Assembly: GCA_004431415.1 (NCBI GenBank)
Contig: QPMI01000527.1
Location: 62,001-126,000 of the forward strand
Reading direction: 5' to 3'
From: Cyanophora paradoxa CCMP329
Taxonomy: Eukaryota; Plantae; Glaucophyta
Length of the DNA stretch: 64,000 nt
The translations under genes and the position numbers were made by a program. How positions within the stretch are numbered: the stretch's first letter is position 1; each line of letters starts with the position of its first letter. The notes beneath the pieces were generated by a model. It saw nothing but the letters and a program-made list of their open reading frames with translations. It was not told the origin of the DNA and did no database searches. Of the stretch, positions 50,001 through 62,000 are shown one piece after another.

Positions 50001-51223
50001 TCTAGATCTACAACAGCTAACAACCTAGTTACAACAACGAACTCTAAGAACCTAGTTAACAGCAACTAATGATATCAACGGGCGCAGGTTCTGGGACGAT
50101 CCGGACGGGACGGTCCGCCTCTCCGCCATCCAGTCCGCCCAGGTGCGCATGCGGCGCCCCTAGACACGACCCTAGACACGACCCTAGCGGAACTTCAAGT
50201 GACGCGGCACGGCGCGTTTGAGAAGTGACGCGACACGGCGCGTAACTATAAGCTCTACGCGAAGCAGAGCAGCTCTATAAGCGGTGTCCCTCGCGGAGCT
50301 TAAGCTTCGAAACGTAGCTAAAGTGGAGCAGAGAGCTCGAGGGGCGGCCGCGGGGCGGGCTCGAAGCGAAACAAATCGAAGCAAAGCAAAGCAGCTCGTG
50401 TGATCAGCGTCACTAATTATAAGCTCAACGCCAAGCAGATCTAGAGGGAACCAAGCAAAGGGGCGCGGATCCTAATCAATCAAGCGGAGGGGCGCGGATC
50501 TCAGTTTCCGATCGACTAGTGCTAGCTTTAACCAGATAACACCTATAGCTACATCCCGAAAGTGCGGGCACCCTGGGCCTTTATTACCCTGAGCCCCGCG
50601 CGCGCGCAGCACCTGGCGGAGGTGGCGCTCCCGGAGCTGGTGGCACTGGCGCAGCCGGGCCCCGGGGGGGCCACCGCGCCCCTCGTCGAGGCCATCGCCG
50701 CCCGCGTCAAGATGCCCGACTACCGCGAGAAGGTGCGCGCCGGATTTCGAATCCAACGGCGCTCAATCGGACATCTGCGGGCTAGATCCGTGCTATATAT
50801 ATGTGCATGAAGCTCGAGAGTTTTCGGTTCAAGGCCGCGCCCGCCCGCCCGCCCCTCACCCACCGCGCCCGCCCCGCAGGAGCCCCTCAACGCCCTCCTC
50901 AAGTGGTGCTTCGGGCGGACCGTGCGCCCCGCCCCGCCGATCCGGTCGGATCAAATCTGATCCGATCTAATTTGATCTGGTAGGTGCTGGGCGAGGCGCG
51001 CGGGATGCGGCACCAGGGCTCGGCCCTCCTCTCCCCCAACGCCTCCACCTTTGCCGGCACGCCCCGCGGCGGCGGTGGTGGCGCCGCCGGCGGCGGCGCG
51101 GCGGCGGCGGCGCCCACGCCCCGCGGCGGCAAGGCAGGAGACGCAGCACCGCCGCCGGGGCCCAGCCCGCGGGCGGCGGCGGCGGCGGGCGGCCCCGGCC
51201 CCGCCCCGCGAAGAGCGGGCTAG
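35049..51223 (+). CDS. Very large multi-exon HEAT/ARM-repeat protein of unknown family; start uncertain
   Basis: Dozens of short exons with HEAT signatures: HPDLAVQRAAIAA, GPSPALRYGAAALL, HPSPPVRAAAY, LLHHAEPALRLAALEAAL, LLADPVGE|VRAAW, FWDDPDGTVRLSAIQ. The last exon is VLGEARGMRHQ...RRAG*. This could be more than one gene. Confidence 0.7.
38099..38310. repeat. 70-bp tandem repeat x3 (intronic)
   Basis: Units start at 38099, 38169 and 38239 (ctaagagctctcataagagatcc...). Confidence 0.95.
38505..38585. repeat. ~22-bp tandem repeat (cttataagaaacacactaagtt) x3.5, intronic
   Basis: Read directly. Confidence 0.85.
43430..43780. repeat. ~95-bp direct repeat plus CTAG-rich microsatellite-like tract in an intron
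   Basis: Copies at ~43431-43527 and ~43686-43781. Confidence 0.85.
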
Positions 51224-52369
51224 ACTTCGAAAAGCGGGCCGTGTTGGGCTGTGAGCGATGGACGATTGGCCGGTGGTCCAGTATAGCACGAGCAGTCACG
51301 TGCACCCCAGTGGTCTCTAAATTAACTTGCAATTGTCCGTTTGCCCGTCACGGCGTGCGCAAGCGCTAGCATGCAGTAAAACGCAGCTAGCGCGCTTGAT
51401 AGGATCGCGAGGCGCGGGGCATGCGGCACTACGTACAGAGCCCGCGCCGGCGCCCGCGCGGCACGTGCACTAGTACTGAGCCATGGCTTTTCGGGGCCCC
51501 GCTGCGCCAGCCACTGGGCCATGCAGGCCAGCAGCTTATGCATATGATCCCGCGGCCGTTAAGCTTGGCAGGTTTAATTTCGGATTCGAATTCTGCAGCA
51601 GTGCCCCACGGTGCCTCACGCGCGCGTACGCGCGCATGCCAATTGCAAGCGCTAGCTGCAGCTGCAGCTGATCATGATTGGTTATATATATATGATCATG
51701 ATCATGAAGTCACTGATCACCGCGGCACGAGTACTCATGAGTATTCTTTGATATCGATGCGCATGCGCATCCCAAGCTGAAGGACTGCATGTGCACGCTG
51801 TGACGTGTACGTATACTTTTTTGATTGTGAGACACCGTGACACTGACATACATGCAGTAAACATTGAAAACACATGCTGCGAAGCATGGATAGAGATCTG
51901 GATCAAAATGAGTCCAACGGTCTTAATCTACCTAAGCTAGCGTCTCTGGTCAAACTGCCAGGCTGCTGAAAACAAAAACCTGACGCTAGCTTTGTGCTAC
52001 AGTAGCCTAGAACGTGTGGGCTGGACGCCCCTGGCGTTGGGGGCTGTTAATCGTTCAGAAACACTCTCGGATCGATATCGATCAAACGACAAAGGACTGT
52101 CGCAACAGAGCGCCGCGGCGGAACGATTCAGGATAGTTTACGAGCTACCGTAGCATCATAACGTAAATACATATAAAGAAACTGCCGCTGTATACGTATA
52201 GGGAAGCACTGCGCTGTAACTCTCTATTACTCAGAAACGTTCACTCAGGTATCTAGCGTATCAGCGTACGTATTCTTGTAAGGGATCGGATCAGCGAATC
52301 GACTGAGAAATCTATATATCTTATCTATAGAAGGCGTCCGACGGTCGCGGCCCCCGAGCCGGTGCGGGC

Positions 52370-55300
52370 CTATGCCCAGCGGCCGAGGATCGCCATGACG
52401 GCTGCGCCGAGCCACAGGGAGACGACCAGGAAGAAGACTGCGGCGAAAAAGAAAGAAAGAAGGGGCGCGGTCAGCTCAGAAAGAAAGACAGAAAGAGAGA
52501 GATATATAGAGAGGATCAGCTCACCGATGCGGGCGCGCTCCTTCTGAGCCTTCTCGAAGGCCGGAGTGATGAGCTCGACAACTGCGGCGAAAGCTTGGGT
52601 CAGGGCCGTTGATCTTTAAATTTGATCTCCATGGGGCGCACGGGCGGCGTGGATGAGGATGCCGCCGGCGATACACTCGATGATGCCCTCCACCAGCACG
52701 CGCGTCTGCGCGAGCGCGCGGGGCGCGGAGCAAAGTTCAGGCGGGGATCCGATCATGAGGGCCGCCCAGGCCGGCGGCCGCGGGCAGACGATGGCTGACG
52801 GACCGTCGACGTCGCGTTGTACGTGTCGTGGATGCCGATGCCGATGGCGACGCCGAGGGGCGTCGCGAGGCCGTAGGGGATCATCGTGAGGAGGGGCAGC
52901 GCCCAGCCCCGCACGATGCCGGCGCCCAGCACCGCCGCGGAGAGCGCGATCCCCTCAAAGAACTCTGCGCGAACAAAGTCAGATCTGAGCCCTCGGCTAT
53001 GCGAGGGAGGGGAAGAAGGAAGGAAAGCACGCACGGTGGATGGAGACGGCGATGAGGAGCGTGTTAAAATTCTCGCGCGCGATGCCGAGCATGATCCCGA
53101 TGATCACCGAGTGCGCCGCGATCGCAACCTGGGTGGTTCCGAGGAGTTATCAGAACCGATAATAGAAAATTTTCATCCTTAGACGTGAGGGCACCCACCT
53201 CGAGGGAGACGAGGCCGACGCGGCGGCGGCGCTCCTCCTCCGTCATTGCGAGGCTCTGCACGGCGGGGCCCTGCGGCAGACAGACGAACGCTCAGCACAA
53301 GCAAGCTCTATAAGACGCTAAAAACAGCGAGCGGGATGGACCTGGGGCAGCGGGATGAAGCCCAGCAGCTTCCTCCGCTTCTGGCTCTTCGCGGGCGCAA
53401 GGGACGTGTCCGAGGGGACGATGACGGCCGCCTGCTGGACCACCGGCTTGCCCACTTGCACCGTCACTGCCGCGCCCCGCGTCGCGTCGGCGCCGGCCGC
53501 GCCAAGGGAAGGGGAGGCGCGCGGGCGGACCGTCCGTGCACGCGTTCTCGAGGTCGGGTTTGACGAAGTCGCCCTTGCCCAGCTGCGGGCGCGGCGTGTG
53601 GTGGTCGTGGTTGCAGCCGGGGTCGCTCGAGTCGGGGCTGTGGCCCTCGGCGCCGGGGCCGGCCATCGACTCGTGCTTGTGGTTGCCCAGGTGCGCGTGC
53701 GGCATGAAGCGGCCCACGACGAGCTCGATGGCCTGTGGTACGTTCGCGTCGTCAGAGTCGGGGCGCGCGGGGCCAGCGAGCCGCTGAGCCAGGAGCGGCG
53801 CACTTGGATGAAGAGAACGCCAATGAGGACGAAGAGGCCGCCGAAGGACTCGTACTCGCTCCACGTGGCGCTGATGCACGGCGACTTGAGCAGCTCGAAG
53901 CCCGGCGGGATCATGTGGATCAGCGCTGCGAGGCGAGCCGCGTCGGCGTCGGCGAGGTGCGAGGGCGGGGCCGGCGGCGCGGACCGGTGGTCAGGATGAC
54001 GCCGGCGCCAAAGACAGCGAGGGCGCGCATGAGGAGCTGGGGCAGGGCGAGCCGCGGCTTGTAGTATGCCAGCACGGGGTACCCTGGCAGCCGGCGGGCC
54101 TCAGCGCTCGCTTGAAAGCACCACGGGACAGGGCGCACCGGAGCCGGCGACAGAGACGGCGAGCTGGAGAGTGCGGGCGGGGGGGTCAGCGAGAGGGTTT
54201 TAGAGGGGCGGTGCGAGGACGGGGCAGCCGGGGGCGGACCAGGATGAAAACGGCGGCCTGTCGAGAAGCGAGCGGAGATCAGGCGGGCCGGGCCAGGGGC
54301 GAGCGCGAGCAGGGCGGGGCGCACGATGTGGAGCGGGCGGTCGTAGTTCTCAGTGCCGGCCGACGAGGCGGCGCACTCGTCCTCCTCCTGCATGCACTGG
54401 CAGCTGACGGGGCTCATGAAGGGCAGGCCCGACGCGTCCTGCCCCACGTCGCACATCAGCTGGCCTGCGACGGGACGGACGGAGTGAGTCTTGATCAGCT
54501 AAAATTCGGGATCGGGATGGGGATGGGGATCGGGATCGCGATCGCGCACCCCCGGCGCAGCCGACGAGCAGCTCGTGGATCGGCTCGCGGGCGGGCGGCG
54601 TGATCGCCTGCTGCAGCATCCTCCTCCCGCTGGCGCCGGCCTTAGAAGTCGGGAGAGCGATCGCCTGCTGAAGCCTTCTCCCCCTCGTGCTCGCCTCCTC
54701 CTCGCCCTCGTGCTCGTCGTGGTGCTCGCCCTCCTCTTCGCCCTCCTCGTGACCGTGGTGCTCCTCCGTGCTGGTCGAGTTGGTCGCCGTCCCGTTCGTC
54801 TCCGCGTGGGATCCCTCGACGTGGCCGTGGTGCTCATCGTCCACGTCGTGCTCGTGGGAATGAGTCCCGTTCTTCGCCGACGCGGTGCCGTTCGTCTCCG
54901 CAGAGGATCCCTCCGCGTGGCCGTGGTCGTGATCGTCCTCGTCCTCCGTGTGTGTCGCGTTCTTCGCAGCGCCGCCGGCCTCGGCATGGCCGGCATGATC
55001 TTCGTGGCCCGCCTCGCCCTCCTCGCCGGCGTGATCGTCGTGGCCATGATCGTCGTGGCCCTCCGCTGCGGCGCCGAGTCAGGAGTCAATGACGATGTCG
55101 GTCCAGAGATTTGATCGACGCGAGGCACAGAGGGAGGGGGGGCCCGTCTAGCATCACAAAGCGCGGCGATTCGAGAGATCATGAAAGCAAGTGCTCGCAC
55201 CGAGCTGCGTACGCCAGGCGGTGCTGCACTCGCTAACCAGCTTGTCGAGGGTCAGCTGCACTTTGGTCTCGTTGAGCGCCGCGTGGTCAATCTCCTTCGC

Positions 55301-55438
55301 GACGAACTTCACCTCCTTGGCCCCTCCGCCGTGAGCGTGACCGCCTCCGCCCGACGCGACGAGGACGGAGGCCGCCAAGATCACCACTACGAACGCGAAG
55401 CGCGCGGGACGCGCGCTGCCGAAGCCGGCGCCGGTCAT
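52370..55438 (-). CDS. ZIP (Zrt/Irt-like) zinc transporter copy 2, apparently intact, with signal peptide and His/Glu-rich ectodomain
   Basis: Same exon structure and ZIP motifs as copy 1. Exon 1 is open (MTGAGFGSARPARFAFVVVILAASVLVASGGGGHAHGGG...SECSTAW). His/acidic tract DEHHGHVEGSH...EEHHGHEEGEEEGEHHDEHE; stop at 52370-52372. Confidence 0.88.
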
Positions 55439-56025
55439 TTGGACGTGCTGAAAGCTGTGCGAGGGAACGAGATCGGCCCGCGCCACGTTACGGTCCCACC
55501 ACGCGATCCGCTTCTGCAACTGAGCCCACCGTTCAGGCTGATAGCTCAAGCTACAGCCTACAGTGCGATCAAACACGTATGCTCGCGGAGCTGGATTGCG
55601 GTCAAGAGCGATCTCTCATCAATGAGGTCGATGAAGCTAGGGATGCTGGGATGCTTTGGAGGCGGATGCTTTGAAGGGGGGTACATCACCAGATCTAGCG
55701 AGAGGAGATGCTTTTGATCTAGAGGGGGATGCTTTCGATCCAAAAGGGGGGGGGAGGATCTAGAAGGGAGGAGAGGTGATAGAGGGGTACAGACCTGAGT
55801 CACAGAGGCTTAGCTCCGACGTGCGGCAGCGCTGTTCCCATTTCTCGTTCGTAGCAGCAAAATTCGACCTACAGCTAGCTAGGGGCGCACCGCAGCTTAC
55901 GCGACGCGCCGTGCTCTGCGTCCCTCTACTTAGCAGCCTAGCCACCGGCAGCCCGAGCCTGCAGCAAGCTTGAAGCTGAGCAGCCAGCACAGGCGAGGCC
56001 TTAGAGGCCTAGCCGCCCTGCAGAG
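55439..56025. promoter_or_regulatory. Divergent intergenic region between ZIP copy 2 and the cyclase, with clustered GGATGCTTT-like motifs
   Basis: About five GATGCT(T)-containing copies within 55640-55736. Confidence 0.4.
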
Positions 56026-59000
56026 ATGGCCATAGACCGGCGGTCCTTCAAGAGAGGGGAGCCGAAGGACAACAAGGACAAGGCTAAGCTCGATTTTGAG
56101 CGGGAGTGGTCTATCTTGCGTCCTTTTCTCCCGCTCAACCTTATCGCGCGGTGCGCCGCATGTACCGCCAAACGCCAAAACAAGCTCGCAGGCTGCGCAC
56201 TCTAGATTTGTCGCCGGACGGCGGCGCTGGCTTAGCTGGCTGGTCATGAGCTCAGCATTCTCTCCATTGCGCTGCTCTGACAAAGCGCCCCCGCGCTGTT
56301 CGGGCCCGCAGACACAACACGAACCCCACGCCGGTGCACACCCAGGGCGAGAAGGAGCCCGACAACAAGGCAGACTTTGAGCGCTTTGCAGCATGCCTCC
56401 TCGTGCGCACACGCGCCCCCAGGATCCCTAGCTAGCGCCGTTCCCCATGCGCGGCCCCGTTCTGACGAGGAGGCTTCCCCGCACAGTTCTGCGACATCAA
56501 GGTGCACATGCCCGCTGTATTGCAGGACGCGCTCTCCCCACGCGCGCCCCGCTCACGCGCCGGCCACCCGCCGTATCTCGGTCGCAGGGTTTCACGGTTC
56601 GCTGGCCTTTCCGCTCTGGCGCCCGCTGTTTCGAGCGGCCCGCGCGCAGGCTCTGATGGAGAAGCACTCGGCGCTGGGCAACGCAGGCATCGAGCAGCTC
56701 TCCAACGTCATCTCGAGCACCTTCGGGCCGCAGATCGACACCATCCACCGCTTCATGGGCGACGTCATCTGCGTGGACGGTCCGCCTCCCCTCCCGCCTG
56801 CCCTCCCGCACGCCCTCGCGGGCGCTGACCGGCCCCGGGCGGCCCCGCAGGCGACGCCCTGATCGTGATGGCGCGCCCCGCCCCGCCCCGCCCCGCCCGC
56901 CTCTTCTCTCTTTCTTATCTTTTTCCCTTCTCTGTCAGTTCCGGGAGGAGCGCAACATCGACACGGTGAAGGGCAAGGACGGGCTCTTCTGGGCGGTCGT
57001 CCGCGGCGCCCAGTGCGCCCTCGCCCTCGTCTCCCAGAAGTACCCCCCAGGTGCGAACGAAGAAGGAAAAGAAGAAGTAGCGGGCTGCCGCGCCGCTCCT
57101 CTCCGCCGCCCCGCGCCCTCGCCCCTCTGAGCTTGCTCGGCCTCGCCCTGCCGCAGCGCAAGAGAGCCGGCCGGCGGCGGCGGCCGCCGCGATGCGGAAG
57201 ATGAGCATGGCGCCGGGCTCCAAGGCTGAGGGCTCCATGTACAACCGCCGTGCGCCCTTATTATGCTACTACGCTTTTTCTACTTATACTGTGCAGGGCC
57301 GTCGCTGGAGCCGGGGGCGGCGATGATGCCGGGGGGGCCCGGCGGGGGCGGGGAGCAGCAGGTCCTCCTGACCAAGGTCTCCGTGGGCGCCGGCGAGGTC
57401 GTCGCCATCCAGGCCGGCATGAACCCCAAGGTAAGAAGAAGGAGGGGGAGAAGTCATTATCTAGAGAGAATGAATGCTAGAACAGCTTAGAACAACTAGA
57501 ACACGGTCCGCTGCAACGAGGGGGAGGAGTTTTCTAGATAGAGTGAACGCTAGAACAACTTAGAGCTGCCCGCCGGCACTGCCCGCCCGCCTGGCTGGAT
57601 ATCGTGCCCTCCTTTCCTCTGCCGCCCTTGTTCTCTCGCTCGCTCACTCGCCTCGGCGCGGCGCCGCAGCACGTGATGGGGAGCACGTTCCCCGGGCGCA
57701 AGTTCTACATGATCGGGGGGGCGCCCCTCACCCAGATCGGCGAGATCGAGCACCTCTGCGGCTCCAACCAGGTCGTCACCAGCCGGTGCTTTCTCTCTTT
57801 CTTTCTCTTTCTTTCTCTTCCTTTTTAAAGTGTTCTTTCCTCAGGTTCGTCTGGCGGGACGTGGGCCTGTCCAGCGTTGCGTCTGGTACCCCCATCCAGG
57901 GCCAGACCGCCTTCCGCCTTGAATCGATCACGGACCTCCCCATCTTCCTCGCCTCGGACCGGCCCGTCGCCGCTTCCTGTACCCCGGAGGCCCTGCCCAT
58001 GCTCCAGACCTTCGTGCCCTACGCCGTCCGGACGCGCCTCTCGGCCGCCGTCGGCAACGGATTCGTCCTCAACCGGGGCGCCTGGATGCAGGTCCGTCCG
58101 CGTCATCGGGCGGCTAGCTAGGCACGGCTAGGCTAGAGGGGGCGTCGCCCGCGTCCCTCTCTCTCAGCACCCCCGCCGCTCCGTCCCTCGCGTTCTGACC
58201 CCGACCTTCTCGCCTCCTCCTCCTCAGGCCAACTGGCTGGCCGAGTTCCGCGTCATCACCTCGGTCTTCGTGCAGGTGCTCGCGCTTAGAGAGTAGGATA
58301 GGACACCTCTCCGCTCAATGGGACCCAAAGCCCCCGCCCCGCCCTGTCCCGCCCCGCCTCACCCTCCTCGCCTCAGCTGGGCGTGGACTTCACGGGCCCC
58401 GCCCCGCGCGACGGCGAGCTCGCCGAGCTCGTCCAGAAGTGCACCATCGCCATCCAGAAGGTCCGGGAAGATCCTCCCCCGCCCGGCCCGCCCCCAACGG
58501 AGAGCCAGCTAGCCAAGCTGCAGCTAGCCGGCCTAAGCCTTATCAAGCTAACATGCAACGCCGTCGCAGGTGGTGTACCGGCAGGAGGGCTCGCTGCAGT
58601 CCCTCGTCGTGGACGACAAGGGCTGCATCGCCCTCGTCGCCTTCGGCCTCCCGCCCTTCTCCCACAAGGAGGACCCCCTCCGCGCCGCCCAGGTGCGGGG
58701 TGGGGAGGGGAGGGGACCTAGGGGGCGGGGCTGGAGGGCTTGGAGGGGCCTAGAGGGGCCCAGGCGAGCCCACACGCCCGCCCGCCCGCCCGGAGGGAGA
58801 GGGGCGGGGGGGGGGGGGGGGTACCGCCCGCTTCTTCTATGGGCTCGCCGAGCGTTGGCTCGTGCTCTCCGCCGTGCTTCGGGCTCGCCTAGTAGTGCTG
58901 GCTACTAGTGCCCTCCGCCGCCGATCTATCCGTCTACATACCCCCTCGCCTAGCCCCCCCCCTCCCCCCCCCCTCTCTGGGCGGAGCTGGAGGGCCTAGG

Positions 59001-62000
59001 AGGGGGGCCTTGAGCCCCCCATGCGAGCCCACCCGCCCACCCGCCCGCCCGCTTCTCTTCTCCTTCCGCCGCCTATCTGCCAATCCAATCTGACCAGCCC
59101 GCCCGGCCGGCAGGCGAGCCTGGACATCGCGTCGAGCCTCAAGTCGATGGAGGTCGGCTGCTCCATCGGCATCTCCACGGGGCGCGCCTTCTGCACTCTC
59201 GTCGGCAACGAGAAGCGCTGCCAGGTGCGAAATAACCGTAATACATTCTTCGTTCAAGGCTTCTTCGTACTGCTAACGAGGAGCGAACCAGTACGCCATC
59301 TACGGGGACTCGGTCAACGTCGCGGCGCGCCTGATGCAGCGGGCGGCGGGGCGCGTCGTCTGCGACTCGTCGACGTGCGACGCCATCCGCTCCAAGATCG
59401 ACGTCAAGAGCCTGGGCGGCGTCGTGTTGAAGGGCAAGCAGCAGGCGCGTGTAACAAGGACTCTAGAACTCTAATAGAACCTTCGTTTCGGTCTTACTAA
59501 ATTATAAGCGCAGGCGCGGGAGCACTTTGAGATCTGCTCGCGGAAGCGGCACGCCTCGTACCGGGAGCGGGACGCCGAGGGCGCCGCCAAGCGCCAGCTC
59601 AAGATGATCGGCCGCGAGCAGGCGAGCGCTCTCCCGCGCCGACGCCGCCGTCGCCGCCGCCGCCGCCGCCGCCGCGCCGCGCTCCCTCGCTTCTAAGACT
59701 ATCTATCTATCTATCTATCTACAACTCTTCACACTATAATCCGCCCCCACAACGCCCCCTCCTACTAACTGACCGCTTCCCTTCTTCTACTTCTTCTTAG
59801 GAGCGGGAGGCGCTGGAGGCGGCGGTGCAGCAGCTGGTGGCCGCCCCCGCCTCGGAGGGCCGCGTCTTCATGCTCGAGGCCGACACCGGCATGGGCGCCT
59901 CCACCCTCCTCAAGGTCTGCGAGAAGCTAGATAGATAGAAGAGGAAGATTAGCCAGAACAGGACCGGGTTTGCTTAGATGATATAAAGATACTTAAGAAG
60001 CTAGAATAAGAGTAGAAGGAACTTAAGGATCGGGTCCTCCTCCCTCTTCCTCCCCATATAAAAGATTGAAAGAAAGATGCAAAGATCTTTTATCTGCTGA
60101 TCCTCTCCTCCCTCTCCTAACCCCTCGCCCCCCTCAGGCGGTGGTGGCGGCGGCGGACGCGGCGAACGTGGGCGTGTACACGGGCGAGGCGAGCGTCCAG
60201 GAGCAGCGCTCCGCCTGGCAGCTCTGGTCCCAGGTCCGCCCCACCCATCCGGTTGACTAGACTGGCGGCTGGAGGCGTATTGAAACGGGCCCCCCTTCTT
60301 CTCTCCCCCTCCTCACTCACCCTCTCCTTCAGGTGGTGAGCCAGGCGCTGCAGCTGGGGGAGCGCCCGCCCGACTCGGACCCCTCCATCTTCAACGACTA
60401 CGTCATGTCCTTCTTCGAGCCCGAGGACGAGCGATTCGTGCGCGGGAGCTTAAGCTCGCTTGAGCATAAGAGGCTCCTTGTTATCCATCTTAATGAGAGC
60501 ATAGAAAGAGAGAATGTTCGGCACCGAGACAACGAGAAGCTAACTAACGCACCCGCCCGCGCAGGTCCCCCTCCTGTACGAGATCATCCCGGACCACGCG
60601 CTGGACTACGCGCGGCACCCGCACCTCAAGAAGATGCTCCCCGAGGGCCGCCTCCGCCGCCTCGCCGCCCTCATCAAGAAGCTCCTCCAGAGCGTCTGCG
60701 CCAAGGTGGGTGGAAGGAAGAAGGAAGGATAGATAGATCTAATCTAAGTCCAAGTCTAACGATCTGCAGGCGCCCAAGCTGCTGGTGATCAAGGACCTGC
60801 AGTGGGGCGACTCGAGCAGCCTGGACCTCCTCTCGCAGCTGGCGCGGGAGCCTCCTCCGGGCCTCCTGCTCGTCATGTCCTGCCGCCCGGGCGCCGCCCA
60901 GGGCAGCGGACTCCTCGCCTCCCAGCAGGTGCGGCGAGCGAGCGGCGTTGCCGGGCCCCGACCCTCTAGCTACCAGCCTCTAGCCGCGCCCTCTAGCTAG
61001 CTAGCTAGTCCCGCCTTCTAGCTCTGGCCTCCTTTGCCCCGCGCCCAACCCCCCGCCCGCCCGCTCGCCCGCCTAACTCGGCCCGGCAGGTGCGGCTGAT
61101 GCGGCTGCTGCCGCTCTCGAAGGTGGACACGGCCTCCCTCGTCGCCTTCTACCTCAGGGAGGGCGGTGCGTAGACGAACCCGAGCGCACAAGGCCGAGTC
61201 TTCGGCCCCGCTGAGGCGCCCGCTCGCTAGCTACCCGGGATCTAGCCGGCCCTATTATGATTCCTTCTATCATTCCTGAGGCGCCCGCCCGCTTGCTCGC
61301 GCAGCCAAGGTGCTGGTGCCGCCGGAGATCGTGCACTGGATCTACGAGAAGTGCCAGGGGAACCCCTCCTACACCATCGAGATGTGCGCGCCTCCCGCCC
61401 GCCCGCCCGCCCGCCCTCCTAGATCGAACTCCTAGATCGCCTCCTGGATCGGGCGGAGCTAGATCGGGCCGGCGCTAGATCGATCGCCTCCTAGATCGAG
61501 CGCGCGAGCCGAACGGGTCGCCCTCCGTCAGATCGCTCGCCCGCAGCGAGCGAGCGCGCCGCCCTCTCCTCGCCCTCTGACCTCTCGGGCAGGTGCGAGC
61601 ACATCATCTCGTCGGGGACCGTGCGGATCGACCCGCCCGTGCGGGAGGGCGACCCCTTCACCTGCCTCCTCGTCCGCTCCCTCGACGCCGACGTCATCCC
61701 CAAGGTAGCTAAGAATAGCTAGGCCGCTCGTGGGCCGGGCCGGGGCTAGGATGGATGGCTGGGGCTAGAGAGGCGGCTAGGCTAGGCTAGGCTAGGCTAA
61801 AGGGGACTCGACGTCTCCCCGCTGCCTTCCTTTCTCGCCTGAATCCGCCCCTGCAGAGCATCCACTCGGCGATCTGCGGCAAGATCGACAAGATGAGCGA
61901 CATGCAGCAGCTCATCGTCAAGGCGCGCCCTATTATTTATTGTTCCCATCTATCTATTTATTCATCTATCTGAACCTTGTGGCCACGCCAGGTCTCGGCG

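Noticed and set aside
51224-51920. Remnant of the CBM-SPRY 3' region in the right arm of the duplication
   Set aside because: Only scattered short matches (agcgctagc, ttgata); not convincing without an alignment.
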